Below the pieces are notes generated by a model. It was given only the letters and a program-made list of their open reading frames with translations, had not been told where the DNA came from and did not search any database. A stretch of 64,000 bases of DNA, from assembly GCA_032128875.1 (NCBI GenBank), contig JAVLKG010000003.1, forward strand, positions 161,008 through 225,007, written 5' to 3'. The position numbers and the translations under genes are program-made. This DNA comes from Candidatus Melainabacteria bacterium 17Bon1m (GTDB lineage Bacteria > Cyanobacteriota > Vampirovibrionia > Obscuribacterales > Obscuribacteraceae). This document shows, piece after piece, positions 38,942 through 48,237 of this stretch (within the stretch, counting starts at the first letter, position 1; the number at the start of each line of letters is the position of its first letter).

Positions 38942-40245
38942 ACCTGCGCGGCTACTTTCTTGAACGCGGCGATGATGTCTTCGACATCTTTGTCGGTAAG
39001 TGTCGAAGCGATTGCCAGCATCGCGCTGCGCTCTGCTAGCTCGTCGCACTTCGGCAGCGTTCCTTTCTCATACGAAATGGATTTGCCGAATTCGTTCGAC
39101 GGATGGGTCCACGGGAATCCATCTGCCGAGATAGAGCGCTTCTTCACGAGGCTCGGGTTGTTGTAATACCAGTGCATACCCCAGTCCGACATCGGAATAC
39201 AGGTCAAGCTGCCGTCCGGTCCTTTGATACCTTCAGCTTGCAGTGCTTTGGTGAATTCCAAGCACTTCTCTTTGGACGGATACATCGTAATGAGGAAAGG
39301 TCCGCTGTCGCCATCCGGATCGATGATGTTGCGGAATTCGAGACCGGGCGTTCCTTCCAGAGCACGGCGGATTTTCCACTTCGCTGTGCGCATGGCACCA
39401 GTGATTTTGTCGAGCTTTCCAAGCTGTGCCAGGAGCATCGCCCCTGCCAACTCGTTCAATCTGCAACCGAATCCCCACATCTGGAAATTCTCGTCGTTGG
39501 GCATCAAGCGACCTTCGTTGCTTCTTGCATATCCCAAGTCGTGAATGGCGACGCAGCGCTTGTACAGCGTGTCGTCGTCGCACAAGATCAAGCCGCCTTC
39601 GCCGCTTGTGATGTTTTTGTTCAATTGAAAACTGAAGATCGCAATGTCACCGTGGCTGCCGGCGGGTTTTCCATTTTGGCTGGAGCCACAAGCTTGTGCG
39701 CAATCTTCGAGAACTTTGACGCCCTTCTCGTGCGCGATTTTTGTGATTTTTTCGATGTGACCGGGCGCGCCGCTCATGTTGACTACGAGCACTGCCTTGG
39801 TCTTTGGACCGATTTTGGCAGCCATGTCATTTGGGTCCATGCAGAAGGTTTCGTCAATGTCGACGAGTTTTGGAATAGCTCCTTGCAGCACTATCGCGCC
39901 AATGCAGCTCACCCACATGTAGCCGGGGAGCAATACTTCATCGCCAGGTCCAACATTAAATGCAGCCAGCGCGATACGCAGCGCCGCTGTTCCGCTCGAA
40001 ACACCCAGCGCGTGCTTGCGATTCCAGCGCGTGGTGAATGTTTCTTCGACCTTAGCCACCATCTGTTGGCTGTCGAGTCCGTAGAAGCGGAATGGGCTCT
40101 GCGCCTTAACCACTTTGCTGACAAGGTCGAGTTCTTCATCAGCGATCCAGTGAGCACCAGGCAATTCCCAAGGCAGCGGTGCTTTGCGAACCGGCTCGCC
40201 ACCATTGATGGCAAGTACTGCTTCACTCTCTTTGACTTTGGTCAT
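38932..40245 (-). CDS. DegT/DnrJ/EryC1/StrS aminotransferase (KdnA-like)
   Basis: SSGTAAL, GPGDEV, EDCAQA and SFQLNKNITSGEGG. Start moved to MTKVKE after an AGGAG SD. Confidence 0.9.
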   Translation of the reverse strand: MTKVKESEAVLAINGGEPVRKAPLPWELPGAHWIADEELDLVSKVVKAQSPFRFYGLDSQQMVAKVEETFTTRWNRKHALGVSSGTAALRIALAAFNVGPGDEVLLPGYMWVSCIGAIVLQGAIPKLVDIDETFCMDPNDMAAKIGPKTKAVLVVNMSGAPGHIEKITKIAHEKGVKVLEDCAQACGSSQNGKPAGSHGDIAIFSFQLNKNITSGEGGLILCDDDTLYKRCVAIHDLGYARSNEGRLMPNDENFQMWGFGCRLNELAGAMLLAQLGKLDKITGAMRTAKWKIRRALEGTPGLEFRNIIDPDGDSGPFLITMYPSKEKCLEFTKALQAEGIKGPDGSLTCIPMSDWGMHWYYNNPSLVKKRSISADGFPWTHPSNEFGKSISYEKGTLPKCDELAERSAMLAIASTLTDKDVEDIIAAFKKVAAQVLA

Positions 40246-40391
40246 CGCTTCGCTCCTGTGGATGGGCGGAAATTGCCCCGCTTCGCGCCGGACAACTGGA
40301 ATTGGGTGCATAGTATACTGCATGCTCGTGCGCGCGAAATCGGTTTTTAATCGTTGCGATTGCAGTTTCATCTGTAGCCTGGAGAATACGA

Positions 40392-41900
40392 ATGCTTGCG
40401 TCCGTTCTTGAAAGTGATATCGAATTCGTTGTGAAAGGTGCGGACAAAGTTGATTACTTTGTCATCGGCAGCGGCACGGCAGGCGTTACAAGCGCGCTGG
40501 AGCTAGCAAAAGGCGGATTCAACGTTGTCATCATCGAAGCAGGACCGTTCATCACCGCCAATCACGTCGGCACCTCGCCGTTTCGCAGCCAGCCGGAAAT
40601 TGTGCCCAAGATTCACGGATTGGTGAAGTATGAAACCGCTTGGGTGCCCGAAGAGAGCTTCAACTGTCGCGACACTAATCCCTATGTTTCCAACAACACC
40701 GCCTGGTCTTTGGTGGGTGGTCGGACCGTTTTCTGGGGAGGATGCGCGCCGCGTTTTATCGACAGCGATTTTGAGCATTGGCCTTTTAGCTACAAGGATT
40801 TCGCGCCGTACTACGATGAAGCCGAGGAGATGATTCACGTCTCTGGCACAGCGCCGACGCGCCCGCCATTCATTCGCAGCGACTGGCAGACTCTCGCAAT
40901 GGAGCGCTTGAATCGAAACGGATTCAAAGCGATGCATGCGCCGGTGAGTGTTGATACGAATAATGTGGCCAACGGTTATATCTCTCAGGGATTTGACAGC
41001 TCGGTTGCGCGGTTGTTGCGCAGCGGAAGGCTTGTTCAATTTGGCGAGAAACAGGGTGTGAGCCTGGTGGCGAACACCTGCGTGACGAAGATTGAGGGTG
41101 ACAATGGAAAAGTCACCAAGCTTCATTTGCTGCAACCCGCGAGCGGGAAACTTTATGAAGTTACGCCGAAGAATGTCATTCTGGCGTGTGGTGGAATTCA
41201 ATCGACGCGACTTGTGATGTCGTCTGGTTTGGAAAAAGACAGCGATGTATTAGGCAAATACATTGGCGACCACATTTTTGTGCAAGGGCTGATGCGTTTG
41301 AAAAAGCCGCTTGGACTTCCGCTTTATATTCTCATTCACGCAACGCAGAAGATGCCGTTTCAAGTCCAAATCCAAGGTTCGTTCGAAGCTGATTGGTATA
41401 GCCCATATCACTCGACCGTTTGGCTGGATCACCAATCGAATGGTTTGAACGTTCTTTTCTACTGCTTCGGTATCGCAACTGTTGAGAAGAACAACCGCGT
41501 TGCGCTATTGGACGACGCCGGTTGCAAACGCGGTGGCGCCAGCAATTACTGCGTCATTTACGATCGCAGCGAGCAAGACAAACTTTTGATCAAACAAATG
41601 ATGGATAGCATGCCTGAGGTTGCAAAACAACTCGATGCCGAAGTTATTCGCATTCAGGAAAACCCGCCGGGAAGCGCGTTGCACGAGATTGGAGGATTGC
41701 GCATGGGCGACGATCCAAACACCAGCATCACAGATCAATACGGTAGATTTTGGCGCTACAAAAATCTCTATTCTGCTGATTCAAGCACGTGGAGAAACCA
41801 GGGCGCCGCAAATCCATATCTGACGATCACCGCATACGCATTGCGCGTTGCGCGTAAGCTCGTGGCAGAAAAACGCGCGAGTCTGTCGGTGAGTTCATGA
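40392..41900 (+). CDS. GMC-family FAD oxidoreductase
   Basis: IGSGTAG, VGGRTVFWGG, HEIGGLRMG and ANPYLTI. Confidence 0.9.
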   Translation: MLASVLESDIEFVVKGADKVDYFVIGSGTAGVTSALELAKGGFNVVIIEAGPFITANHVGTSPFRSQPEIVPKIHGLVKYETAWVPEESFNCRDTNPYVSNNTAWSLVGGRTVFWGGCAPRFIDSDFEHWPFSYKDFAPYYDEAEEMIHVSGTAPTRPPFIRSDWQTLAMERLNRNGFKAMHAPVSVDTNNVANGYISQGFDSSVARLLRSGRLVQFGEKQGVSLVANTCVTKIEGDNGKVTKLHLLQPASGKLYEVTPKNVILACGGIQSTRLVMSSGLEKDSDVLGKYIGDHIFVQGLMRLKKPLGLPLYILIHATQKMPFQVQIQGSFEADWYSPYHSTVWLDHQSNGLNVLFYCFGIATVEKNNRVALLDDAGCKRGGASNYCVIYDRSEQDKLLIKQMMDSMPEVAKQLDAEVIRIQENPPGSALHEIGGLRMGDDPNTSITDQYGRFWRYKNLYSADSSTWRNQGAANPYLTITAYALRVARKLVAEKRASLSVSS

Positions 41901-43285
41901 CAGACACAGCTTCGTCAAAAAGCACAGAAGCTTCCAAAAACATACTTTTGCTGCTCGGCGCAATTCCTGCGCTTGGTGGTTTGCTTGTTGGCTACAACAC
42001 GGCCGTCGTCGCTGGCGCACTCGAATTTATAACAAAGGACTTCACGCTCAATACAGTTTTTCAAGAACTGGTTGTAACCTCTGTCCTTGCAGGAGCACTT
42101 CTGGGTGCGTTCTTGAGCGGACCACTGACGGACAAGTTGGGACAGAGAAAGGTCATTCAGTTTGCGGGGCTGATTTGCACGGTTGGCGCCGTCGGGCTTT
42201 TTTTTGCGCCAAACGTGATGATGCTAATTGCTTTCCGCTCGTTGCTAGGCATCGCATGTGGTATCGCGACCATGGTTGCGCCATTGTATGTGGCTGAGAC
42301 AGCGCCCGCGAAGTATCGCGGTATGTTCGTCTCCTTCGTGCAGTTGGCTATTACTATCGGAATCTTTCTTTCCTACATCACAGACTTCCTTTTTTCGAAC
42401 GCAGGCAACTGGAAAGCGATGTTAGGGCTCGGTGCGCTGCCTGGATTTTGTCTCATGCTGGGCATGTTGGCGTTGCCGGAAAGCCCTCGTTGGTTGGCAA
42501 TGAAAGGGCGCATAGATGAGGCAAAAACTGTTCTCGCACGTTTGGGCAACCAGGACGATTCTGAGATTTTTGCAGATAGTGGAAAACCTGCGGAAGCCGC
42601 GTCATGGGGAGAACTTTTTAGCGGGCGCGTTGTGGCTGCGTCTATAACCGCTTCAGTTTTGTTCTTGGTGCAAAACTTGTCCGGCATTGATGGTGTTTTG
42701 TACTACGCACCAACCATTTTCAAGATTGTCGGCTTCGAAGGAACGACCGCGCAAATCCTTGCAACTGCTGGACTTGGCGCTGTAAATGTAATCGCCACGG
42801 TTATCGCTACCGGTTTTGTAGATCGCGCAGGGCGACGCCCTTTGCTGTTGGGCGGATTAGGTGTAATGGTTGTTTCGTTGGCAGTGCTCAGCTTTAGCTT
42901 GATGCAGGCGCACGCTGGTCCCATGCTTAGCTACATTGCCGCCGGTTCTTTGGCTGTTTTCGTTGCAGCGTTTGCGGTCAGCCTCGGACCAATTCCGTAC
43001 GTAATCATGTCTGAGATTTTTCCATTGCGTGTGCGCAGCATGGGAATGAGCCTCGCTGCGGCGTCGGCGTGGGGCTGCAACATGGTGGTCACTGTGACTT
43101 TCCTCAGCCTTCTCGAAGCGCTCGGGCAGGCGAATGTTTTCTGGTTGTACTGCGCAATCTGTCTCGGCGGGCTCGTCTTCTCGTATTTCAATGTTCCAGA
43201 AACCAACAATTGCTCGCTTGAAGACATCGAAGCAAACTTGATGGAAGGCGTGCCCAGTCGGCATCTCGGAAGGAAACGCGCATGA
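41897..43285 (+). CDS. Sugar porter family MFS transporter
   Basis: GYNTAVV, DKLGQRK, PESPRWL, DRAGRRPLL, SEIFP and VPET. ATGA overlap with the GMC gene. Confidence 0.93.
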   Translation: MTDTASSKSTEASKNILLLLGAIPALGGLLVGYNTAVVAGALEFITKDFTLNTVFQELVVTSVLAGALLGAFLSGPLTDKLGQRKVIQFAGLICTVGAVGLFFAPNVMMLIAFRSLLGIACGIATMVAPLYVAETAPAKYRGMFVSFVQLAITIGIFLSYITDFLFSNAGNWKAMLGLGALPGFCLMLGMLALPESPRWLAMKGRIDEAKTVLARLGNQDDSEIFADSGKPAEAASWGELFSGRVVAASITASVLFLVQNLSGIDGVLYYAPTIFKIVGFEGTTAQILATAGLGAVNVIATVIATGFVDRAGRRPLLLGGLGVMVVSLAVLSFSLMQAHAGPMLSYIAAGSLAVFVAAFAVSLGPIPYVIMSEIFPLRVRSMGMSLAAASAWGCNMVVTVTFLSLLEALGQANVFWLYCAICLGGLVFSYFNVPETNNCSLEDIEANLMEGVPSRHLGRKRA

Positions 43286-43405
43286 GAAGACTAAATTGAA
43301 AGTCACCCTCTTCAGAAGTATGACACCAGCTATAATGGAATTTATAGTTTGCTTTTGAGTTAGGTCAGTATTCGTAGGACGGAACCCATTTAAGAGGTCT
43401 CCGGG

Positions 43406-44050
43406 ATGACACATTCAAGGCGCCAGTTTTTGAAGATTTTGGCAGCAGCCCCGTCGTTCCTGATCGCGGGAATGACCGTTTCGCCTGTTTTCCGGTATTT
43501 AAAACCCACGATGAAGCCGCTCGGCTTTCTTGATCCTCCAGATTTTCCGGTCCCTAGTGAAGCCGTGTCTTTTCCCGCGGAAGTTTTCAACCAGCCATGG
43601 GTTTGTATTCCATTCGTCTACAAAATGAAGATATCCGAGTTCAATCCTGAAAAGGAAGAAGTTCGAGAAGTCCTTGGTTTCATGATTAGCTTAGGCAATA
43701 AAGAAGTGGTTGCTTACAGCAGGCTCTGCCCCGCTCACGGTAACGAATCTCCGTACATAGATGACGCTTTTGGCTGTCGTAGATGTGTTCCTCACAAATG
43801 TCCTCTAAACTATCTTGCTGACGACGATCTCTGCCATGCCGGATGTTTTCTGCCACTGAAAGACTGTAAGTGCTCAAAGAAGATTGCGAACCCTGTCCTT
43901 TACTGTGCGTGCACGGGAGCGACATACGATTTGGCGAATGAGCCACGCGCCAGTGCCGGCTGTCGACAGGCGGCGCAAAAATTCATTTTGAGAAGGATTG
44001 GAGACACAATCACGGTCGAAGGGCTCATGGGCGACGAGCGTATACTTTAG
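43406..44050 (+). CDS. Tat-exported, Cys-rich divergent Rieske-like protein
   Basis: SRRQFLK Tat motif; AYSRLCPAHG and LYCACTGATYDL. Confidence 0.7.
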   Translation: MTHSRRQFLKILAAAPSFLIAGMTVSPVFRYLKPTMKPLGFLDPPDFPVPSEAVSFPAEVFNQPWVCIPFVYKMKISEFNPEKEEVREVLGFMISLGNKEVVAYSRLCPAHGNESPYIDDAFGCRRCVPHKCPLNYLADDDLCHAGCFLPLKDCKCSKKIANPVLYCACTGATYDLANEPRASAGCRQAAQKFILRRIGDTITVEGLMGDERIL

Positions 44051-44118
44051 AAGGCATCTCTGAGAACTTTGGTCCGCGAGTGGTTAAGCTCGTCGCAAGC
44101 TGTTGTCTTTTATCGAGT

Positions 44119-44154
44119 ATTTTGATATACATCTAATTAGATGAGTATCAAAAT
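44119..44154. promoter_or_regulatory. Palindromic operator upstream of the ArsR-family gene
   Basis: ATTTTGATA-ta-CATCTAATTAGATG-ag-TATCAAAAT. Confidence 0.7.
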
Positions 44155-44192
44155 AGATGACCGTCGAAATAAGGATGTGAAAAAGTGCAATC

Positions 44193-44750
44193 ATGGCTAG
44201 TGTTGAATTCTCAAAAGTTCTGAATTTTTTCAAGGCGCTGTCTGACGAAAGCCGCCTGAAGATAGTTGGGGCGCTGGCGTCGAACGAGCGCAGTGTGGAA
44301 GAGCTTGCGACATTGCTCGAGCTGAAGGCTCCGACTGTTTCTCATCACCTGGCAAAACTGAAAGAAGTCGGGTTGGTCGACATGCGTTCTGAAGGGACGA
44401 CGCACATCTACCATCTGGTGATGTCGGAAATGCGTTCGCTTGCGAAGCGCGTTCTCTCGCTCGACACAATGGAGACGTTTACGGAGGAAGTTGTTGCTGA
44501 CGCCTGGGAACGCAAGATTCTTGGAGACTTCTTTGTCGGTCAAAAGTTGAAAGAGATTCCTGCCAGTCGCAAAAAGCGCGAGGTGGTTTTGCGTTGGTTG
44601 GTGGAACGCTTCAACTCCGGGAAGCGCTATACAGAGAAGGAAGTGAACGCCATCATCGGGAAACATCATCCGGACTTCGCTACTTTGCGACGCGAGTTGA
44701 TTTGTGCGAAATTGTTAGCGCGAGAATCTGGTATTTACTGGCGTACGTAA
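44193..44750 (+). CDS. ArsR/SmtB regulator with C-terminal DUF2087-like domain
   Basis: FKALSDESRLKI, PTVSHHLAKL and YTEKEVN...DFATLRREL. Confidence 0.88.
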   Translation: MASVEFSKVLNFFKALSDESRLKIVGALASNERSVEELATLLELKAPTVSHHLAKLKEVGLVDMRSEGTTHIYHLVMSEMRSLAKRVLSLDTMETFTEEVVADAWERKILGDFFVGQKLKEIPASRKKREVVLRWLVERFNSGKRYTEKEVNAIIGKHHPDFATLRRELICAKLLARESGIYWRT

Positions 44751-44769
44751 GGACGCAAATAAGAACTGC

Positions 44770-44801
44770 GGGCGACGCATGGCGTCGCCCCTACGCTTCG
44801 C
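44770..44801 (+). repeat. REP-like palindrome (family A variant)
   Basis: GGGCGACGCATGGCGTCGCCCCTACGCTTCGC; compensatory stem change relative to 18373. Confidence 0.85.
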
Positions 44802-44823
44802 AACCTATGTAGCGCCCAGATCG

Positions 44824-46086
44824 CTACCTGCGTAGCAGCCAGAGTTTGCGCTCTTTCAAATCGATGTTGTACTGCCAGCCTTCGAAGAAGTCGTGGCCAA
44901 GCAAAGGCGCTTCGGAGTCACTGAGCGCGTCCACGTTGGCGCTCACCCGGACGTTGCTCTTGTCTATTGGTCCCAATTTCAATCTCGTTGCTGTGTATTC
45001 CAGTGCTTTTCCAGAGCCTGACACACCAGTGTGAGTTGATGTCTCTGCATCTGCCGGAGGCTTGCATCCGTAGGAAGTCGCTTGCTGGGTGCTCATGAAT
45101 TTGACTGTGCATGCGGAATTCCCGGTATCGAGCATCATCGGTAACTTCTTGCCGTTCAACTCAACTTCTACGATTATCCGATTGCCTGCCTCTTGGAAGA
45201 TAAACGGAACCGCGATGCCAGACTTCGAAGCCGTTGAGCTCGCGCTGCCCTTGCGCCTGAAGCGGATGCAGTGGGCACTCTGGTCTACTGTGTAATCGAA
45301 GAATTGAAGAAATGCCTGACCGAGAAGCGGCGACGCGTAGTTGTTGGCCACAACTTTCACGGACGCATTTTTTACTGTGAAAGGACCGACGCGCAGGTTC
45401 GCAGGCATAAGCCAAAAACTCTGCACGCTGCTGTTGCTCGAGCCGCCTGATACGCCATGTGCGTCACCGTCTGGGGGACGAATACCTGCTGCTTCGAGTT
45501 GGTTTTTTCCCAAAAAAACCGTTGGTGCCCCGGTATCAAGTTCCATCTCTATAGTTCGATTGTTTATTTCTACCGGCACCCAAATTTGTCTGTTGGTTTC
45601 TCGATAATAAACGGAGCCTTCATCGGGTCCTGATAGTGTGCCTTCCTCCCCGCTCGATTTAAATGGAGGCGCCGATGAACCACCGCCCGATCCCATGCTA
45701 GAGCTTGGACTATAACTAGACCCTGCGCCTGCATATTGTGAGCCTGGGTCGAGTTTGCTCAAAACGCCCTTCGCATACTGCGCGATTGTGCTGTTGGGAG
45801 AAAGGTAAACAACTTGCTTGTAGAGTGTCTTTGCTTTACTGGTATTGCCGGCAAAGTGGTTGCTTAGTGCCGCGTAATAGCAAACGTTCGGGTCCGGCTG
45901 CGGAGTGTTCGCGAAAAACTCGAACATCTGCGCCGCCTCTTTGTAGCGTTTTTCCTGATAGAGCTTGTACGCTTGCGCGACGCTGTCTGCCGCGTACGCT
46001 TCACTCAATCCAACAAATGTCGACGCCAACGCCAATGCGCAACCAGCGGCTGCAACTAGAGGCGTGAGCGATTTGCGATGTTTCAA
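44824..46086 (-). CDS. Secreted TPR + tandem retropepsin-like aspartic protease
   Basis: Signal peptide and TPR, then LDTGA...LLGQAFL and LDTGN...LLGHDFF. Confidence 0.85.
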   Translation of the reverse strand: MKHRKSLTPLVAAAGCALALASTFVGLSEAYAADSVAQAYKLYQEKRYKEAAQMFEFFANTPQPDPNVCYYAALSNHFAGNTSKAKTLYKQVVYLSPNSTIAQYAKGVLSKLDPGSQYAGAGSSYSPSSSMGSGGGSSAPPFKSSGEEGTLSGPDEGSVYYRETNRQIWVPVEINNRTIEMELDTGAPTVFLGKNQLEAAGIRPPDGDAHGVSGGSSNSSVQSFWLMPANLRVGPFTVKNASVKVVANNYASPLLGQAFLQFFDYTVDQSAHCIRFRRKGSASSTASKSGIAVPFIFQEAGNRIIVEVELNGKKLPMMLDTGNSACTVKFMSTQQATSYGCKPPADAETSTHTGVSGSGKALEYTATRLKLGPIDKSNVRVSANVDALSDSEAPLLGHDFFEGWQYNIDLKERKLWLLRR

Positions 46087-46160
46087 AGCGGCGAGTCTCG
46101 GCGATGTGTGACCGCTCAGGACCGAATGGGTTCTGACTTTGTTATTTTAAAACAGAATCG

Positions 46161-46574
46161 CTAAGAAGCCTCGCCGACAACTTCCGGCACTTTGGCTGTT
46201 TCTCTGTCGCCGCAACCATTGGCTGCCGCTACAACCTTGGCGCGCGCCGCCATCAGTTCTTCGGCATGCTCTTGCGCCCATACTTCTAAGTGATCGAGCA
46301 CGGGAATGAGCGTCTGCCCCAGCTCGGTCAATGTGTATTCGACCCTCGGCGGAACTTCCGCAAAAATAGTGCGTTTGACTAACCCGTCAGCTTCTAATTC
46401 ACGCAACTGATGCGTCAAAACTCGTTGTGTTACGCCCTTCAGCTCTCGCCGCAATTCGTTGAATCTGAGAGTGCCCTTCTTCAACTTACATATGATAAGT
46501 ACCTTCCATTTATCGGAAATCATGGCCATAGTTGCCATGATCGGGCATTCAAGCTTTGCGTACATATTGGTCAC
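46161..46574 (-). CDS. HxlR-family winged-helix regulator
   Basis: CPI...DKWKVLI, RFNELRR and EVPPRVEYTLT. Confidence 0.92.
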   Translation of the reverse strand: MTNMYAKLECPIMATMAMISDKWKVLIICKLKKGTLRFNELRRELKGVTQRVLTHQLRELEADGLVKRTIFAEVPPRVEYTLTELGQTLIPVLDHLEVWAQEHAEELMAARAKVVAAANGCGDRETAKVPEVVGEAS

Positions 46575-46861
46575 CTGGTATCGAAATGGATACTACACTA
46601 CTTTTGTGTTCCTGCGTGCAGTTGTATACCATTCGATTCTAGTACGCCGCTTACGATCTCGACAACACCTTTAAGGTGAAATTTGACATTGGTAACTTTT
46701 CGACCCTGTTTAGGGCGTGGCAGCCGTTTTGCCGCCTATTGATGCCTTTGAGCAAGATCTATAAACCAACTATGCCAAAATAATGGCTTCCGTAATGCAC
46801 GGGACCATGTTTTGAAAATTGACGTCTTTGATTTAGTACTTAGGAATCCGATAGGAGAGAG

Positions 46862-47488
46862 ATGATGATTAGAAAGAGTGCTGTACTGGCTCTCGTGGCT
46901 TTTGGGCTCGTAACGCCCAGCGCTCATGCGGCTGATACCTGGACTATTGACCCGATGCACACTGCTGCCAATTTCAGCATCAAACACATGATGATATCGA
47001 CTGTGCGCGGAGGGTTCGGAAAAGTAAGCGGTACTGTCGAATACGACGGCAAGAATTTGGCCAAAGCCAAGGTTGACGCGACAATTGATGCCAGCACCAT
47101 CAATACCAACGAAGCAAAGCGCGACGAACATCTTCGCGGCAAAGATTTCTTCGATACTGAGAAATTCCCGAAAATCACCTTCAAGTCGACCGGCATCAAG
47201 CCGAAAGGCAAAGACAAATTTGCTATGACCGGCGATTTGACGATGCATGGCGTGACCAAACCGGTAACGCTCGATGTTGACGGTCCGAGCCCGGTCATCA
47301 AAGACAAACAAGGCAACCACAAGGTCGGGTTTTCTGCCCGCGGAACGATCAAGAGAAAAGACTTCGGCATCACCTACAACTCTGTCCTTGATGGCGGTGG
47401 CGTAGCGTTGGGTGAAGAAGTGCCGATCACCTTAGACGTAGAAATGTCTAAGCCTGCCGATGATGCAAAACCGGCAGCCAAAGGCTAA
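46862..47488 (+). CDS. yceI: YceI-family periplasmic lipid/polyisoprenoid-binding protein
   Basis: WTIDPMHT, HMMISTVRG, RDEHLR and GDLTMHGVTKPV. Confidence 0.9.
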   Translation: MMIRKSAVLALVAFGLVTPSAHAADTWTIDPMHTAANFSIKHMMISTVRGGFGKVSGTVEYDGKNLAKAKVDATIDASTINTNEAKRDEHLRGKDFFDTEKFPKITFKSTGIKPKGKDKFAMTGDLTMHGVTKPVTLDVDGPSPVIKDKQGNHKVGFSARGTIKRKDFGITYNSVLDGGGVALGEEVPITLDVEMSKPADDAKPAAKG

Positions 47489-47562
47489 AAAGTAAGGTCC
47501 GGCGGCGGGGTGCAGACCGAATCTCGCTGCCGGAACCGAAAATAAATTTGCGTGGGAAAACA

Positions 47563-48237
47563 ATGAGCAAAGTACTCCTGGTGGAAGACGAAGCTGATCT
47601 CGCTTCACAGATCAAACTGTCATTGACTCGTGAGCACTACACCGTCGAACATGTCGACAACGGTCAATCCGCGCTAGATATGCTGCGTGTCTATCAGTAC
47701 GATGTCGTTGTACTCGATTGGGGTCTGCCTGGAATGACTGGGCTCGAAGTGATGAAGAAATTTCGCGAGAAAGGCGGTAAGACGCCGATTCTCATGCTCA
47801 CTGCCCGCTCTAGCGTTGACGATCGCGCTGAAGGTCTTGACTCTGGTGCTGACGACTATTTGCCTAAACCCTTTCACGCCAAAGAGCTAAACGCGCGATT
47901 GCGTGCATTGATTCGGCGCGCCTCTCAGAGCACAACCACTGTGTTGAACGTCGGAAATTTGTCTTTAGATCCGGTCGCACGCAAAGTTGAGCGGAACGGT
48001 GTTGAGTTGAAGTTGGAACCCAAAGAGTTCAACCTGCTCGAATTTTTGATGCGCAATCCTAATACAGTGTTCAGTGCAGAGGCGCTTATCGACAGAGTTT
48101 GGGAATCCGATACTCTCGTCAGCACAGATGCGATTCGCACTTACATCAAAGGCATTCGGAAAAAAGTCGACACCGATGGTGAACAGTCAATCATCTCCAC
48201 GGTACACGGCGTGGGCTACAGGTTGGACGCGAAGTAA
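47563..48237 (+). CDS. OmpR-family response regulator
   Basis: LLVEDE, LDWGLP, GADDYLPKPF and TVHGVGY. Confidence 0.93.
   Translation: MSKVLLVEDEADLASQIKLSLTREHYTVEHVDNGQSALDMLRVYQYDVVVLDWGLPGMTGLEVMKKFREKGGKTPILMLTARSSVDDRAEGLDSGADDYLPKPFHAKELNARLRALIRRASQSTTTVLNVGNLSLDPVARKVERNGVELKLEPKEFNLLEFLMRNPNTVFSAEALIDRVWESDTLVSTDAIRTYIKGIRKKVDTDGEQSIISTVHGVGYRLDAK

Noticed and set aside
39103-40350. 415-aa plus-strand ORF, and similar long antisense ORFs (5806-6765, 14024-15067)
   Set aside because: These are shadows of well-supported genes on the opposite strand, with no motifs.
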